NCBI GenBank assembly: GCA_015680685.1
Contig: MNCI01000909.1
Location: forward strand, 105,758 to 169,757
Length of the DNA stretch: 64,000 nt
Origin: Gnetum montanum
Lineage: Eukaryota > Plantae > Gnetophyta
Direction: 5' to 3'
Every line of letters starts with the position of its first letter. The stretch's first letter is position 1. The position numbers and the translations under genes were made by a program. Below are positions 37,801 to 52,200 of this stretch, in pieces. The notes under the pieces are model-generated. The model did no database searches and was not told the origin of the DNA. It worked only from the letters and a program-made list of their open reading frames with translations.

Positions 37801-38265
37801 TCCATGGAATTTAGGTCTATCAAACTATCATTTGAACCATAACTGGTATCATATCATATAGCTTGGTTTATTGATCTAAAGTCATTTTGTGTGTTGAATT
37901 TCAAGTTCCATCACTAAGAGTGGCTCTATTTAACCTCATCTATGATGAGTAGAATAAGGAGTTGTGAATCATTAGCCTAGATTCTATGGAAGAGTAGTGA
38001 ATAAAAATGCTTTCTTACATCAAATGATATTAATCAAGATAGAAGAAACATCATTGGCATGACCTAATTAAGTGAAAGATCAATGAAGGAGATCTAGTCC
38101 TTAAGGCTATTTGCGAGCATGTGGATAGGTTTTTAGCCAACTAGAAGGGACATTTGCTAATCATCAAGGCCTATGGCAATAGAGTCTTTAGACTGGTGGA
38201 CATAGATGGAAATGAATTAGCCAACTTGGTAAACTATTTCTATCTCAAGCCTTATTACATCTATC
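34809..38265 (+). pseudogene. pol: pol remnant of element B (RT-RH-aRH-INT)
   Basis: FSWSYEDMPSLD, DDFPLSSID, PFYIYLA, FPCTNNVEEYEGL (aRH), WPFQWCGLDIIG; colinear with the pol of A. Confidence 0.93.
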
Positions 38266-39310
38266 ATGATAGTCTATATAGTGTAAATCAATTATTAACA
38301 TCAATGACCATTGCAACTTATAGCAAGTGAGCTTGCACGATCTTTCTCTCTCTTCCAATTTCTCTATTTGATAAAATAAAGGAACTACAAAACTTTATAA
38401 ATCTAATGCACATTGTGTAGATCTCTATATGTTACATTAATAGTGACCTATGATGGCCTAGTGTGTTGGTTTTTGCATGTGGTTCTACACTTTATGTTGT
38501 AACAACATGTTTTCTTTGTCTTGTTTTGTTGGTCTCTTCAAGATGTGCTTTTAGAATGAATCTTGAAGTTGTCATGAAGGTGTAACTCATTGCAATAGTA
38601 GGTTGTGAACTTGATGTGTGAGATTTGGTTAGCTTGTCCTACCATACCAAGAGTTCTTATCTCACATCACTTCCATTATCCCCATTAAGCCCAATCCCAT
38701 AGTCTAATTATAACCTTCCTTACCTTAAACAACAATGATGATCAATGTTTGAAATTCATGCATTATGGCTATGTGATATCTCTTTCATCATGCTCCACCA
38801 GTGAGTTCATTGAATGTAACACATCTAATTCAGTAAGAAAACCAAATCAAATTTGACCTTGAAAATGAAGGTTTCACCCTAAAAATGAAATAGTGGAAGA
38901 GAATTGCCAAGAAGTTGAAAGGTCAATGAAGCTCAAAATATAGATCAATGACTCCAAAAGAGCAAAGGAAGGAGCCTAATGGCCAAAGAAACCTTGGATT
39001 AAAGTGTTGATTCCTCAAGAACATTACTAAGTAATCAACATTTTGAAGCATGAAGTGTGAAAACTATATTGATCAACAAGCATGTCATTGCCATAACCAA
39101 GACCATGATGTCAATATGTGAAACTAATTGCTAACCCCCATGACCATTCCATTGTAATCAAATATTGCCTTTATCTCATATCATTGCATGATAACCTTAT
39201 ATCATCATTATAAGAACTCTTTGACATGGTTCAATAGCTACCAAATCAAGCACAAAGAGAAAAACATCAGTGATAGACTTGTGATGACATTTTACATTCT
39301 TTGTTGATGT

Positions 39311-41074
39311 TGTTGTAATCGAAAAAATTGATCATTGGAAAATCAAAAGATTTGCCATAGTAGCCTAAACCTTGAATCCCAAGGGCCTATGCAAAAATAA
39401 GATCCAAGGTTGTTTGGATGATATGGTTGATTACCTAGGGACTTATGGAATATCAAATAGGAATGGTTTTGGAACTGTGAACATTAGTGGAAACGTAGAT
39501 AGAAATGGCCTACAAAAAATGTAGACATAAATGGCCTACTGAAAACATAGACAAAAATGACCTACTAAAAATGGAAATAATAAACAAAATTATAGCTATA
39601 GAGATGAATGTAGAAATGAAAATGAAACCCAAAATTTTCACAACATGAACTATCAAATTTCTAAAAGAATATAAAAGAGATTGAGTTCACTATGTATACA
39701 TTTGTGCCAAGGCCATAGGAAGTTGCTCACCAATGCTTGAAACTTGTTGGAGAAGGCTCCCTCCATGATCTTGTTTCTTCCTAGTTTCAACCTACTACAA
39801 CTTCCTATTAGTTTCCACCAAATTTGTTGTGTGGGGATAGGATTGGGTCTACACATTTGGGGCAATGGAAACTACATGGGAGTCTTTGTTCCTATCCTAG
39901 TTCTAGTTTCTACCACCAAACAGCACTACCTATTCAAGATGTAATAGCTACAATGGGTTTTGATGATTCCTAATGGAGATGAAAATGGCATGGGGTTCGC
40001 ACTTTTAGATGAAATAAAAATTACATGGGGATGTCTATGTCTAGTGTAGTGCTAATTTCTACTAGTGAAAATGTAGTTGGATTACAAATGATTTTGAGGG
40101 ATAATGGAAATGGCTATGAAAATGGGAAATATTATAACTACAAAATAGTTTTGAAATGCCAAAGTATGTAGAATGCTAAAGAGTATTAGAATGCCAAGAG
40201 TTCCATCCTAGAACATGGTGTCAATGTTGGATTTTTATAGGTTTAGGATTACCATTTTTGGCTCTATTGTTGATTGTTGAAAGATTGACATTGATTGTGG
40301 GTTGCAACAGTTACTACTACCAACATAGTAAGTCAACTATTTCTAGCATAGTTGCCCATATATTATCAATGTAGTTTTCCATCTACTATTAGCATAGTCA
40401 TTCAACTACTACTAGCGTAGTTGGTCATCTATTGCTTGTGTAACTTGTATTTGTGGCAAGTCTAGTATGGACTACATCCACAAAAAAAATTTGTTTACTA
40501 TAAATAGTAAATAGGCTTTTGTGACTACATTGAAGGCTTGGGAAATGGAAAAAGTGATGGAAGATGGAAATATAGATGAAAACTACAAAAATGGTGGAAC
40601 TCGTTATGGAAAGTGCTATTTTCTCTAACTGTTCTTTCCTTGGGATGACTATGCTGGTTGTTGTTGAAGAAATGGCCATTCAACAATTCCAATGTTATAC
40701 TTCTGCTGGGTCTTGGTGGTGATTACAATAACTATTATAGCTACTATGACTATTGTGGCTACTAATCCTATTGAAGCTACTAGGCCTACTGAAAATGGCT
40801 CTAACATTATAGGGTCTATACGCATAAAAATCCATGGAAATGCCAATTTTAGCCCTTTCCAAGGCATTTTAAGCCTTTCCAAGCCTAGATATAGACATTA
40901 GGTACCTTTTTCCACTTGGGAAGTGAGGCAATAGTAACTTCTAGAGCATTTTTCAGCCCCAAGAAGTTGAAATAATCAAGATTGTAGCTTATATACTACA
41001 TATCTTACATTTACAATGAAACTTTACCTCAAGCTTAAAAGTGGATTCACAACATGAATTTTGATGGTATTTCA
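39311..41074 (-). repeat. 3' LTR of element C (~1.76 kb)
   Basis: Minus strand: aaatagaggctaa|TGAAATACC ... TTTTTTCGATTACAACA. Ends are homologous to the LTRs of D and A. The end position is 39311 or 39314. Confidence 0.8.
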
Positions 41075-42011
41075 TTAGCCTCTATTTGTTGATGTCTATA
41101 GGATTAATCCAAGAGACATTGACAAAGAATACAAAACACCACTATAGGTCCATCACCAATGTCTTTTCTTTGCACTTGATTTAGTATTATCAAACCATGC
41201 TTAGGAGTGCTCATGATGATGGAGTGAGGCTATGATGATGAAATGGTAATGAGGTCATGAAGAAATGGTTGAAATGGCTAATAAATATTTGGTCAAATGG
41301 CTCAAATTATGTACTTCATGTTTATATGTGTGGTTCACTTAGTGGATGTGCTTGAGGTCTGAACAATTCACTCTAAGGTTTCCTTGGCTATTAGCAAGGT
41401 CCTCTTCACCAAGGCTAATTTTGATGTGATTTTACCATTAATAATGTTAGATTCAATGGACTTGGGATTTTCCCATTCAATGAGGTGTGTTACACTTGAT
41501 GGACTTATAATTTTTCCACTAAACAAGATGTGTTACATTTAAGTGGACTTGGAGGTGGAGCATAATGAAAGGATTCCATATGGCCATGATGCATGAGTGT
41601 TAGCATAGGTCAACATTGTTGCTTAAGGTGCAAGAGGTTATATTTAGACTACAAGGTTGGGCTCAAAGGAAACAATGTGGAATAAGCACTTTTGATATGG
41701 TAGGTAAAATTCATTGAGCCTTGCACATCGAGGTTATATGGTAACTTGCTACCATGATGAGTTACATCCTTGTGATGGCTTTAGGCTTCATCCTGGAAAC
41801 ACAACTCAAATAGAACAACAAAACTAGAGAAATAAATGATGTTTTTACAATGGGATACATTAGGCCACTAAGGATGGTTTAGCAAATTTGGCTACCCAAG
41901 GTCACATGTTACTAGTTGAAGGTGTTGGCAAGTTGCATTACTCGTTTAAGACTTTGGCAAGCTATGGTATCAGTTTAGAGTCATAGCTAATCATAGAGAT
42001 TAGGCTACAAG

Positions 42012-45000
42012 CTACAATTAGTATTTTTTGAGATGGGAATGATTGACTAGATTGGCTAGCTCATTTTCATTCTTGTTTTCTATTCTAAATGCACTATTGC
42101 CATAGGCTTTAGTAACCAAGAAAGGCCCTTCCTAGTTGACTGAGAATTTATCCATGTGGTTGTAGATGACTTTGAGAACTAGGTCACCTTCCTTGATCTT
42201 ATGCATGGTTAAGGTATGGTGGTGTTGCCACTTTTGCATCTCTTAATAGTATTCAATCTAACTAAGTGCATGCATACATTGCTCCTCCATCGATTCCAGG
42301 GCCATTATCCACAACTCCTTCTGCTCATCATTGATGAAGTCAGTTAAGGTTACCTAAAGTAATGGTTCCTACAATTTAAGAGGTAAAATAGCTACAAAAC
42401 CATAAACAAGGCTATAAGGGGTCATGCTTGTTGTAGTACATTATGTTGTTCTATAAGCCCAAAGTGCATGGAGAAGTCATTCATGCCATTTATGCCTATT
42501 GATGTTGAGCATCTTCTTGAGCAAGTTGATGATGTCCTTATTACTTACCTCTAATTGTCCATTGACATGAGGGTAATAAGGCAATGAGAAAGAATGCTTA
42601 ATTCCTAGGTTGTGATAGAAATCCTTGGTTTCTTGGCTACTAAATTATGATCCATTTTTTGTAACTATGGTTATGGGTATGCCAAAACTAGCTACAATGA
42701 TATGCAGGATAAATTTACAAAATTTTTCAAACATTGTCTTTCTCAAGGGAATAGCTTCAATCTACTTAGTAAAGTATTTGGTTGCAGTGATGATGAAGCT
42801 ATGCCCAGCTAAAGACTTAGGTGTTATAGATCCAATGATATCCAACCCCCATCATTAAAACAGCCAAGTGATCTAAGTGGTATGTAGCTTAGTTGGTAGT
42901 ACGTGTATAAGATTACTATTCCATTGGCATGTATAACAATGCTTAAACTTCTACAACTAGTCATCTTCTATTTAGGGTTGGTGATAACCTAACCATCTAA
43001 TCATAGTAGCCATGGCTCTAGGTCCTATATGTTCCCCACAAAAACCTTCAAGAACCTCCTCTAGGACTATTTTGACTTTAGTTTTACCTAAGCATTTTAA
43101 CAATACATCATCATATGATCATCAAAATAATGTGCTATTACGTATAATAACATACTACTTTGATCATTTGTACATAGTGTCCTTTTGAGCAAAAATCATG
43201 CCTTGTGAAGACTCACCATGGATAAGGTAAAACTTCATATCATTGAACCACTCCTTCACAAGAGTGGTATGAACTATGACCACAAAGGTATCTATTGCAC
43301 TTTTCATGATGGTTGTAGCACAATCCATAGTCAATGTGGACAACTTACTAAACACATCTAGTGTAACATATAGGGCTAACATTGTAATGACATTGGCTAT
43401 GGTGTTCTTGTTTTATGGTATGTGTTGGATATTAGCATCTATAAATTTTTGTGACCGTTGCTTTCCCAAGTTATAGTAAGGTTTTAAGTGTTTGTCTTTA
43501 CATGCATAAACCTCAGTCACTTTGTTGATCACTAGTTAAGAATCATCCTTGACTATCAAACATTTAATTCCTAGGTCATCTACTACCATCATTCCCCTAA
43601 TCAAACTCTCATAATTCACTATGTTGTTAGTGCATGGAACCTTGAAATGATAGGTAAAGGGCTAGATTTCACTAGATGGAAACATCATGATGGTAGTGGC
43701 ACTAGTCCCATGCGTAGTTGAATCTTTCTCAAACTTCAAGACTACCTCATAATCCTTGTGCACTTGGCAAATGGTGTTGACATGTTCATTAGGAAACTCA
43801 TGGTCTATAGTTGCTTGGTCATCAATAGGTGAAATAGTAAGTTGTACTATACCTTGACCTTTTCATTGAGGATTGAGAGACATAATGAAGGTTAAAATCC
43901 ACTATTATGGCTTTTCATTAGGCCATAAAAATAGTGCTCCTAATGGCTCTAACTATGTTATCTTTGCAAATGATGTTGACCTAGCTCCTAAAGAGGTAGT
44001 GTCTTTACTTCTTCAATGAGAAGACTAGTGTTAGGCAATACTTCTCCACTTTAGAATATCTAGTCTTGTGATCAACTAATGCATGGCTAAGGTAATATAT
44101 TGGCATCTGTGCTCCATCATCATGTTTTTGATGAAGTAGAGAAGTAATAAATGTGCCAGAAATGACAAGGTAGATATAAAATGGCTTACCCTCTTGTAGA
44201 GGATAGACCATTAATAGTTATGCCAATTCTTGCTTAAGGTTTTCAAAGGCTTCATGGCATTGAATTGTCCACTCATAGTGAACTCCTTTCTTAAGCAAGT
44301 GTTGCATGGACTATAACTTATCTATAAGCCTAACAATAAACCTATGAATAAATTGTAATCTTCCTTGTAATCCCTAAAGCTCCTTAATTTTGGTAGGTGC
44401 TACTAATTTGGATATGGCCTTAACCTTATCAGGATTGACACAAGTCCTTGCTTCAGATACTACAAAGCTAAGCATCTTACTAATGTTGAAACCTAAAACA
44501 CATTTCTTGGGATTGAGCCTAATCTCATATTTGATGCATCACTTAACCATAAGGTCTAGGTCATTAGTGTGATGACTAGCCACTTTGAACTTAATGACTA
44601 TATCATCCATATAATCGTTGAGAAAACCTAGCTTGTAATCACTGAAGATATAGGTCATGGTTCATTGATAGGTTGCTCCTAGGTTCTTAAGGCCAAAGGG
44701 CATCATGATATAGTAAAGGGTAACTTAAGGGATCATGAAGGTCATTCTAAGTTGGTGCTCTAGGTTGATCCTAATTTGGTTGTACCCGGAGAATCCATCC
44801 ATAAAGGATATTAAGGCATGTCCAGCCATAGTATCAATGAGTTAATCAATACTAGGAAGAGGAAAGCCATCATTAATGGTTTTCTTATTTAGATATTGGA
44901 AATTAATGCAAATATGGATACATCCATTTTTCTTAGGGACTACCACAATGTTGGATACCTAGTCTACATAGTCAATAGTTCTAATAAAACTAGCTTGGTA

Positions 45001-45490
45001 TAGCTTTGTGATTTCATCATGAATTGGCAAAGCTAAATCTAGTCTAATCTTGCACACATTTTGCTTAATTGGTCTAATGCTAGGATCGTGTATGATGTTG
45101 TGCTAGACTAGCCATGGATCTACACTTGGCATATCTTCCTATGACTAGGAAAAGGCCTTAATGTTGTCCTATAGGACCTTGGTGATGTTTTGAGCCTATC
45201 ATGGTTCTAGTGAGGAACTTAGTTTAAGTGTTTTCTCATCACCACTATGTGTTGTGATAGGAAACTTATCCATATAGTCTTCAATTATGTCAAAAACCTC
45301 TAGATCAAAGGTTTTAACTAGGTTTTTAGGCCATTCTAGAGGTTCTTCAATTAAGGCTATATGATTGACAAGACTCTTAGGCTAAAGATCCAAGCAATCA
45401 TGATCGATAGGTCATTCAATAGTACTGTGAGGCCCCCTCATGCTCAAAGGTAAGAAAAGTTTCTTCCAAGTACCCATCATTTGATCTTTC
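42012..45490 (-). pseudogene. pol: pol remnant of element C (RT-RH-aRH-INT)
   Basis: ISFMDGFSGYNQI, MPFGLKNLGATYQ, DYMDDI, KPFYIYL, PCTNNIVNYE, YFTK*IEAI. Confidence 0.95.
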
Positions 45491-45615
45491 ATAGCAACCA
45501 TAAGCACATTAAGTAACACTTGGGTTGAAATAAGTAAACAATGGTAAAATGATTTAGTAAACATGCAAACATATGCTATTTCAATGACAAACAAAAACAA
45601 AAACAAGGTCAACTA

Positions 45616-45779
45616 AGATAATAACCAATGGGGTTAACAAAGGCCATATAAGTTGAATCAAGGACCATAAATTAACTAGCGTCAGCATCCGTTCCCACTT
45701 ACCGAACACACCNCTATAAGAGATAGATAATAACCAATGGGGTTAACAAAGGCCATATAAGTTGAATCAAGGACCATAA
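45616..45779. other. Probable assembly join artefact
   Basis: Perfect 55 bp duplication (45616-45670 and 45725-45779) flanking a CpG-containing insert that holds the only N (45713). Confidence 0.75.
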
Positions 45780-46069
45780 TAGAGAAAATAAGGTGAACAT
45801 GATAAAAAAAGAAGTTATATGGAGGATGTATAAAGTCAACTAATGAGAAAGAAGGTCAACAATGCAACACAATGCCAAAAAGAAGGTTAAATCTATGAAA
45901 ATGGAATACATATGGAAAAAATTGGCTAATGCTGGTGAAGCATGATTAGATTTTGCTAGTTTAAGACCTTATCAGGCCATGGTATATGGCTACAAGGTTG
46001 CCAGAAAAGTTTGGACATATGAGGAGGTCATTTTAAAGCTATTTTGAAGTAAGAAATGACACTTTTGTT

Positions 46070-48690
46070 TTGACTATGCTAGGCCCTACTAGGGAGTACA
46101 TTGGACCATTATAGTGCCTAGCTTCCTTAGCATAATTTGGATTAAAAAATGGAATTTGGTTAGTTTTGGGGGTCAATTGACCATCCTAATGGGCTTCTAG
46201 GATCACTAGTGTCAGTAGCTAGGGTTTTGATGCCAAAATTACTAGTTTTCATGCTTTTTAGGGCCTTTAATGGCTAGATACCATGGGACTACACTAGGCA
46301 TGTAGTTTCAAATATACTTAAGAATCCTATATGAGATGAATTTGAAAAAGAATGAGTTTTGACTTATTTTCCAAGGTTCCAAGGTTCAAGCATGTTCTAA
46401 CTAGATTTTGGATCTTTCTGGGAGTCAAATTGAGTAGTTCTAAAGCTTTTTTGGCTACTTCCAAGAGGACTACACTAGGCTTGGGTAGGGACTACACTAG
46501 CCTAACATAGTCCCAATCCTTCCTTTAGAGTAGTCACATTGGAAAGGTTGAACAACTGAGTTTCATTGTTGAGTTTCACTCCAGTGGATACCATGACTCC
46601 TAGAAGTGGATTTCAAGCAATTTTGTTAATTTTTAAGGAAGTTTATGTGGACTACACTGGGCCTAGAGAGGTACTACACTAGCCTAGAATAGTCCCAACT
46701 TCATTTAGTGTAATCTAAGCTTTGTACATTAAAAATTATGAAAATTGGGGTGTTCCATGGTTAGTCAAGCTCTAGAGAGACTTTTGGGTTCATGGGTAGG
46801 GGATTTGATGTCTTATTATACATCTTGAGTAGTTTAGTGGGAACTACATTGGGGATTGAAAGGGACTACACTAGCCTAGCATAGTCCCAATTCATCTTTA
46901 GCATAGTCAAGGATTGAGAACTTAAAAATGGTGAATTTTAGCTCAATTTTGAGGTGTGATGATTTTAATGTGTCTCAATAAGGTCCTACGGTCAATAGGG
47001 GTATATTCTAGATTATGTTTGGCCTACTTTGAAAGTTAAAATGTGGACTACATTGGCCTTGGACTAGGACTACACTAGCCTAGCATAGTTTCATCCCATG
47101 TCATCGTAGTCTAATATTAAGATAGTGGGTAAGAGTCTCAATCATTGACATAGGTTTCCAACAAGGTTCTAGGGTTAACTGGTAGCAAATTTAGGTTACT
47201 TTTGGTAATTTTTATTCTAATTTTGAGGGACTATGCTAGGATTGGAGAGGGACTATGCTGGCTTAGTGTAGTCCCCACACTACCTTAGCATAGTCAAGGT
47301 AAGAGTGCCAAAAAATGGTGAGAAATAGAATTTTTGTCATTGCATAGGCTTATATAGGCTCCCAAGGTTTGTTGACAATGGTCCTAAGTCACTTCAAACA
47401 ATTTTTTAGATAATTTTTAAGCACCTACACTAGGCTCTAAGAGGGACTACACTAGCCCAACGTATTCCTCTTCTCCTCTTAGTGTATTCTAAGTTGAAAA
47501 GGTTAAAAACTTTGAAAATTTGTATGTTTCATTGCTAGAAGGCTTCAAATTACATTTTAGGATTTTTAGATGCCAATTTTCATGGTTTTTGATATTTTTT
47601 TAATTTTTCAAGGTGATTATGCTAGGCCTAGACTAGGACTATGTTGGCCCAATGTATTCTTTAGCTCCCCCAATGTAGTCCAAGTTTATGATGATTAAAA
47701 TTGTGAAAAAATGTAGAATTTGTTGCCAAACAACTCTGAATGGAGTTCTAGGATTTTTTGGAGGTCCGTTTTTCATGGTTTCTTGGTGGATTTTCCCACT
47801 TGGGATGGACTACATTGGCCCTACATAGTCCTCCTCCTCCCATCACCATAATCCATGTGATGGATGTAGAACTATGAAGGAAGTGATAAGATTTGATCAA
47901 GGTCGGTGTCTTGGCCTTCGTAGAAGTGGAGTTGGAGTTCACACATGATGGTTTCTTAGGTTTTAAGTCAACTATGCTGGGTAGTCACTAGGACTACATT
48001 GGCCCATTGTAGTCCTCCTAGATAGTCCTATGTGGAAACTTAGTTTTGTTGATTTTCTTAAAATTTTTGATTGATGGACTATTACTTTGGGGTTCCTAAG
48101 GGTCCTATTAAGATGTGGAGGCTTCAAAAGGTAGTTTTGGAGGTTAGTAAGGGTCTATATGATGCCTACTAATCTTGGAAGTTTTGGACTTCTTTGGCCT
48201 AGCATATTTCCTAGGTTTCCCCTACGTAGTCAAGGGGAAAAAGGAAAAACTATCACCATTCACTACAATCGACCATGTCTCAGACATGCTAGAGGCTTAA
48301 ACTAGGGTTTGGGAAAGTGGTGTGTTAATTTAGGATTAATTGAGGATTGAATGAATTGGATGGGCCTCTTGGGGTTACAAGAATAAACGATTTGGTGTTT
48401 GTACTATGTTGGGTAGTAACTAGAACTACATTGGCCCAACATAGTCCATCACATCTCTCTACGTAGTTGATGAAGAGGTTTGATTTTTGTCAAAGTTGTA
48501 GTTCTTGTGACTAGGTTTTGGTGCTATTGTGGGCTTTGGAAAGGGTTTAGCAAGATTGGACAGTTAGTTTGAAGGCTTTTGGAGGTTGGATAGGCTTTTA
48601 TAAGTCCATCCCATTATGGACTACGCTAGCAATAGTTGGAACTACACTAGGCCAGCATAATCCTTATCTCCCCTTCAGCATAGTCTTATT
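46070..48690. repeat. Array of ~14 palindromic modules (GGACTACACTAGCCTAGCATAGTCC core with outer half-sites), ~195 bp period
   Basis: Module starts at about 46072, 46265, 46467, 46649, 46841, 47045, 47228, 47422, 47614, 47785, 47969, 48164, 48401 and 48618. Confidence 0.85.
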
Positions 48691-49259
48691 ATCTTACCCA
48701 TAGCTATCATACTTAGATATATTCTTGGGTTGTAAGTCATCCAATCCAAGGTTTCGAATAAATAGGATCAAAGTCGTAGTTGTCTATGACTTCTTGGAGT
48801 GTTAATCCTAGCATAGCTTAGCTAGGAAGTACTACTCCAAGTGTAGTCATGGCTAGGAGATTAACTACTCTTAGTGTAGTCATGGATTTTTCATTATCTT
48901 TAGAGCACTTAGTATGAGGCCTAGTTAAGATTAGAAAGTTTTTTTTAAAAAAAAACTTTGCATAACCCTATTGTAGTTCTAGTTTCCATTTTCCATCTTC
49001 TAGTGAAGTGGAAATGCAAAAGGAAACTAGGGTTTTGGAATGGGTGGCCAGGGTTTTATTCACTTTAATTGGGAAAATGTGAAATTTTTTTGGTTTTGGC
49101 CTTACATTCTTGCTACTGCACCTTTGTTGGAAGGCTATGTTGCTATTGCCTATTTTCCACTAACTATTACTACCATAGCAGCATTCACTAGTCGACTACT
49201 ATCAGCATAGTCCATCCATTGGTGCCTTGCTACAACATAGTCTTTCCATGAACAAGCAT

Positions 49260-52200
49260 TTTCTACATTTTCTACTCCTTATTTCATCATCATGATGAAG
49301 AAAATGATGCCTATGAGGAATCCTACATTGTAGGAGGTAAATGCCACTACTAAGACTCTAGCATGCCTACCCGATCTAAGGATTGCAAAGAGTTCCAAGT
49401 ACACCATTCTCATTAGTTTTCTATTCTATTTCATGCATTCTATTTTTAGTTTTGAATTTTTTTTAGATCTATGCTTGTGTACTTGTTATTTTTTATTTTT
49501 ACTTAAATCCTACCTCATACTTTTGCCATTTCTACATCTGTCCATGGTTATTTAGTTGTTTTCACTTTGGAAAATTTAGTTTGTAAAATAGGCTTGCTAT
49601 TTAAGTGGTTTTATATATTAAAAAAATTAGCATGGCGATCTAGCATGAAGGATCTAATAAAATTAAATTTTAATAAAATCCTACCCCCATTATTTTGATT
49701 TTTTTAAAATGATTATTAGTTGATTTGGTTGTATTTGCTATAATCAATGGCTAGATTAAGTTAGATTATAAACGTTTTGTGATTTTTAAAATATATTGTT
49801 ATTGGTTTATAGGATTATCTTTTATCTTTCCAATAGTTATGGTCCCATTCAACTTGGAGTTCTAGTGATGAAGTTATGGTCGTTTGAGTGGAGTTGTGTA
49901 ACTAGGGTTTCTATCATTTCTCAAATTTTGTGAAAGTTCACAAATTTTTTCTGAGAAAATGACAAGGACTTTGAATTTTCTATTGCATGGACATGTAGGA
50001 ATTTATTTAGCCTTTCAAAAAATGATACAATCACTTTGTTTTGATCTCAAATGAATTTTTGGCAAATTTTTTGCTAACCTTGCATGAAAGGGAGTTCATG
50101 TTCATGGCTATGGTGTAGTTAATTTGGTAATTTTTTTTGAAAACTAGCTTAAGATTTCTAATTTTCTTATATTATGGTGATGTATTTATCATTTTGTAAT
50201 TCCAATGGCTATGGAATCATTGAATTTATTTAAGTGATTAATTAGTTATGATTGTTTCTATTTAGTTACACAAGATTGTGGTTACAAGGCTATGATGCAT
50301 TTACCCCTCTGAAGATGGGAAATCTTGAGGTTATGAAAAAGTTTTTATATCAATGTCCATGATCTTGGAGTACTTTGGAATGGTAGGAAGGCACTAGAAG
50401 TTGTTTGATTCAAATTAAAAAAAATTTCATATTTTTTCTAAGTATTTTCCTATGGTCATTTTGGTGCTATGTGTGAAATTCGGTTGAATGCTATTGTATT
50501 CTTACATTGTGTATTGAAATATTTTCTAAGTGTAGAGTTATTCATGAAATCATAGAATTTAGTTCTATACAATCATTTTCAAACTTTTAGTCCTAAACTA
50601 TCAATTCCATTTTTTATTGCAATTTGTCATTGTTACAGTTTTAGTTGTAAATAGTCTTTTCGTATGAACTACTTTAAATCTTGTCTAAGTGTTTTTTTCT
50701 ATGTTTAATACTTATAGGTATTTGGTTTTAATTTTTCATGGTTATAATTATTGTGTTTGGATGTTACAGGACCTTCTTGAAACCCATCTTGATGGTGATA
50801 GAGATGATTGAGTTATTATGATGCATCAACATGCTAACACCTAAATAACCAAGCCTCAGACTTCCTATCCTACCTCCTTCATAACTATAGTGTGATAGTT
50901 TGGTCACACTTGAAGTTCAAGGTGGTGGAAATGATCATGAAGATCATCATGCCAAGATCCTCTAGTTTGATTATGAAATTCATCAGGGATAATCCTAGTC
51001 CATGCAAAAGGAAAGACACATGATGAAATGACTACTATGGGTCCTCATAAACTATCTCAAATTTGGGAGATGCCCAAATTTAGATAGTAGAACTTGGAAA
51101 ACACCTTGATTGTTGGCCATTGTGCCCACACATGGTTCCAAAACCCTTTTCGCATTGTCTATTGCATAGAGGGGTAAGTAGTATTATTATCTTGGGTTTA
51201 TGGTTATTTTATATCATTGTGTATTTACGCTATAACTATGTATGGTCTATCGTTTTACTTACCTATAGGTTTAGGATGGATGATCAAGGTTGAGAACCTT
51301 TTACTCCTAGCTCACATAGCTCTAGAGGTGTTCACTAAGAGTCCAAAAATGAGGTCTTTGGTGTTAGAGAAATTGCATGATGACCTTGAAAGTAGCATTG
51401 GACATCACCCTAAGGCCTACAAGAGATGCCTAGTAAGTGAGAGCATAGATAGTTGGTGGGCTAGCTCATCTATTAATGATTTTGACTTGGAACCACAACC
51501 CATAGCTCCTACGATTTTGAGTCATATAGGTGAAGTGTTATTAATTTTTTGATTTTATGCTAATAGTTTTCTACTTATATAGTTATTAAGATATTTTGAT
51601 CTCTGTTGTTTATGTGGTTATATTTTTTGTAACTTGTTGCACCTATGCAAAGGCTAACGAGCTACCTTTTTCTATGTTGCAGCTATCACTTCAAGATGTA
51701 TGGAGGAGACCTTGATCCTTAAGTTTAATGAGGTGGAATCCTCACAGGACTAGTTATGAGATCAGGCATCTAATGCTATGCATGTGAGGGTCATTCATGC
51801 AGGCATGTTTGACCTCTTCATGGCCCCAAGCTTGATTGTTCCTACCATAGAAATGTTAAACATTATAAACTCCTTTAACCAAGGAGATCAGAGAGTTTTC
51901 ACTTATGTTCATGGTGTGACTATTGTTTTGGACATCAATGGATCCACATTCAATGACCTCTTTGATGTCTTAAATGATGGCATGTTAGTTATTATCAAAG
52001 TGAGGGGAGAGGTGGATCACTAAGAAGAAGTGGAAAATTGGTTAGATACTCATCTTAATAGCAAGGAATAATCTCTAAGAGAGATCAAATCATCATTGAT
52101 TAGAAAGATATATCCCTTGTTTCGATCCTAGGTGTTTCCTATGTTGTTATCCCAAGGAAAGATCTTGGGTGTGGAACAAGCTAGGACACCTGATTCAATT

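Larger units (their letters stand above)
21350..39310 (+). mobile_element. Element B: 5'-truncated Tat-family element (spacer, pol, 3' UTR), interrupted by E and cut by C just before its PPT
   Basis: pol is homologous to A and C. The spacer carries the same periodic palindromic modules as C. The 3' UTR stops at the LTR of C. The left boundary is approximate. Confidence 0.7.

Noticed and set aside
17591-38265. D gag (-) and B pol (+) as one element with divergent gag and pol
   Set aside because: A and C show co-oriented gag and pol, and an LTR with PBS and PPT lies between D and B. A rearrangement is the simpler explanation.
46070-48690. CRISPR array (palindromic repeats with variable spacers)
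   Set aside because: Eukaryotic retroelement context, degenerate repeats, ~130 bp spacers and no cas genes.
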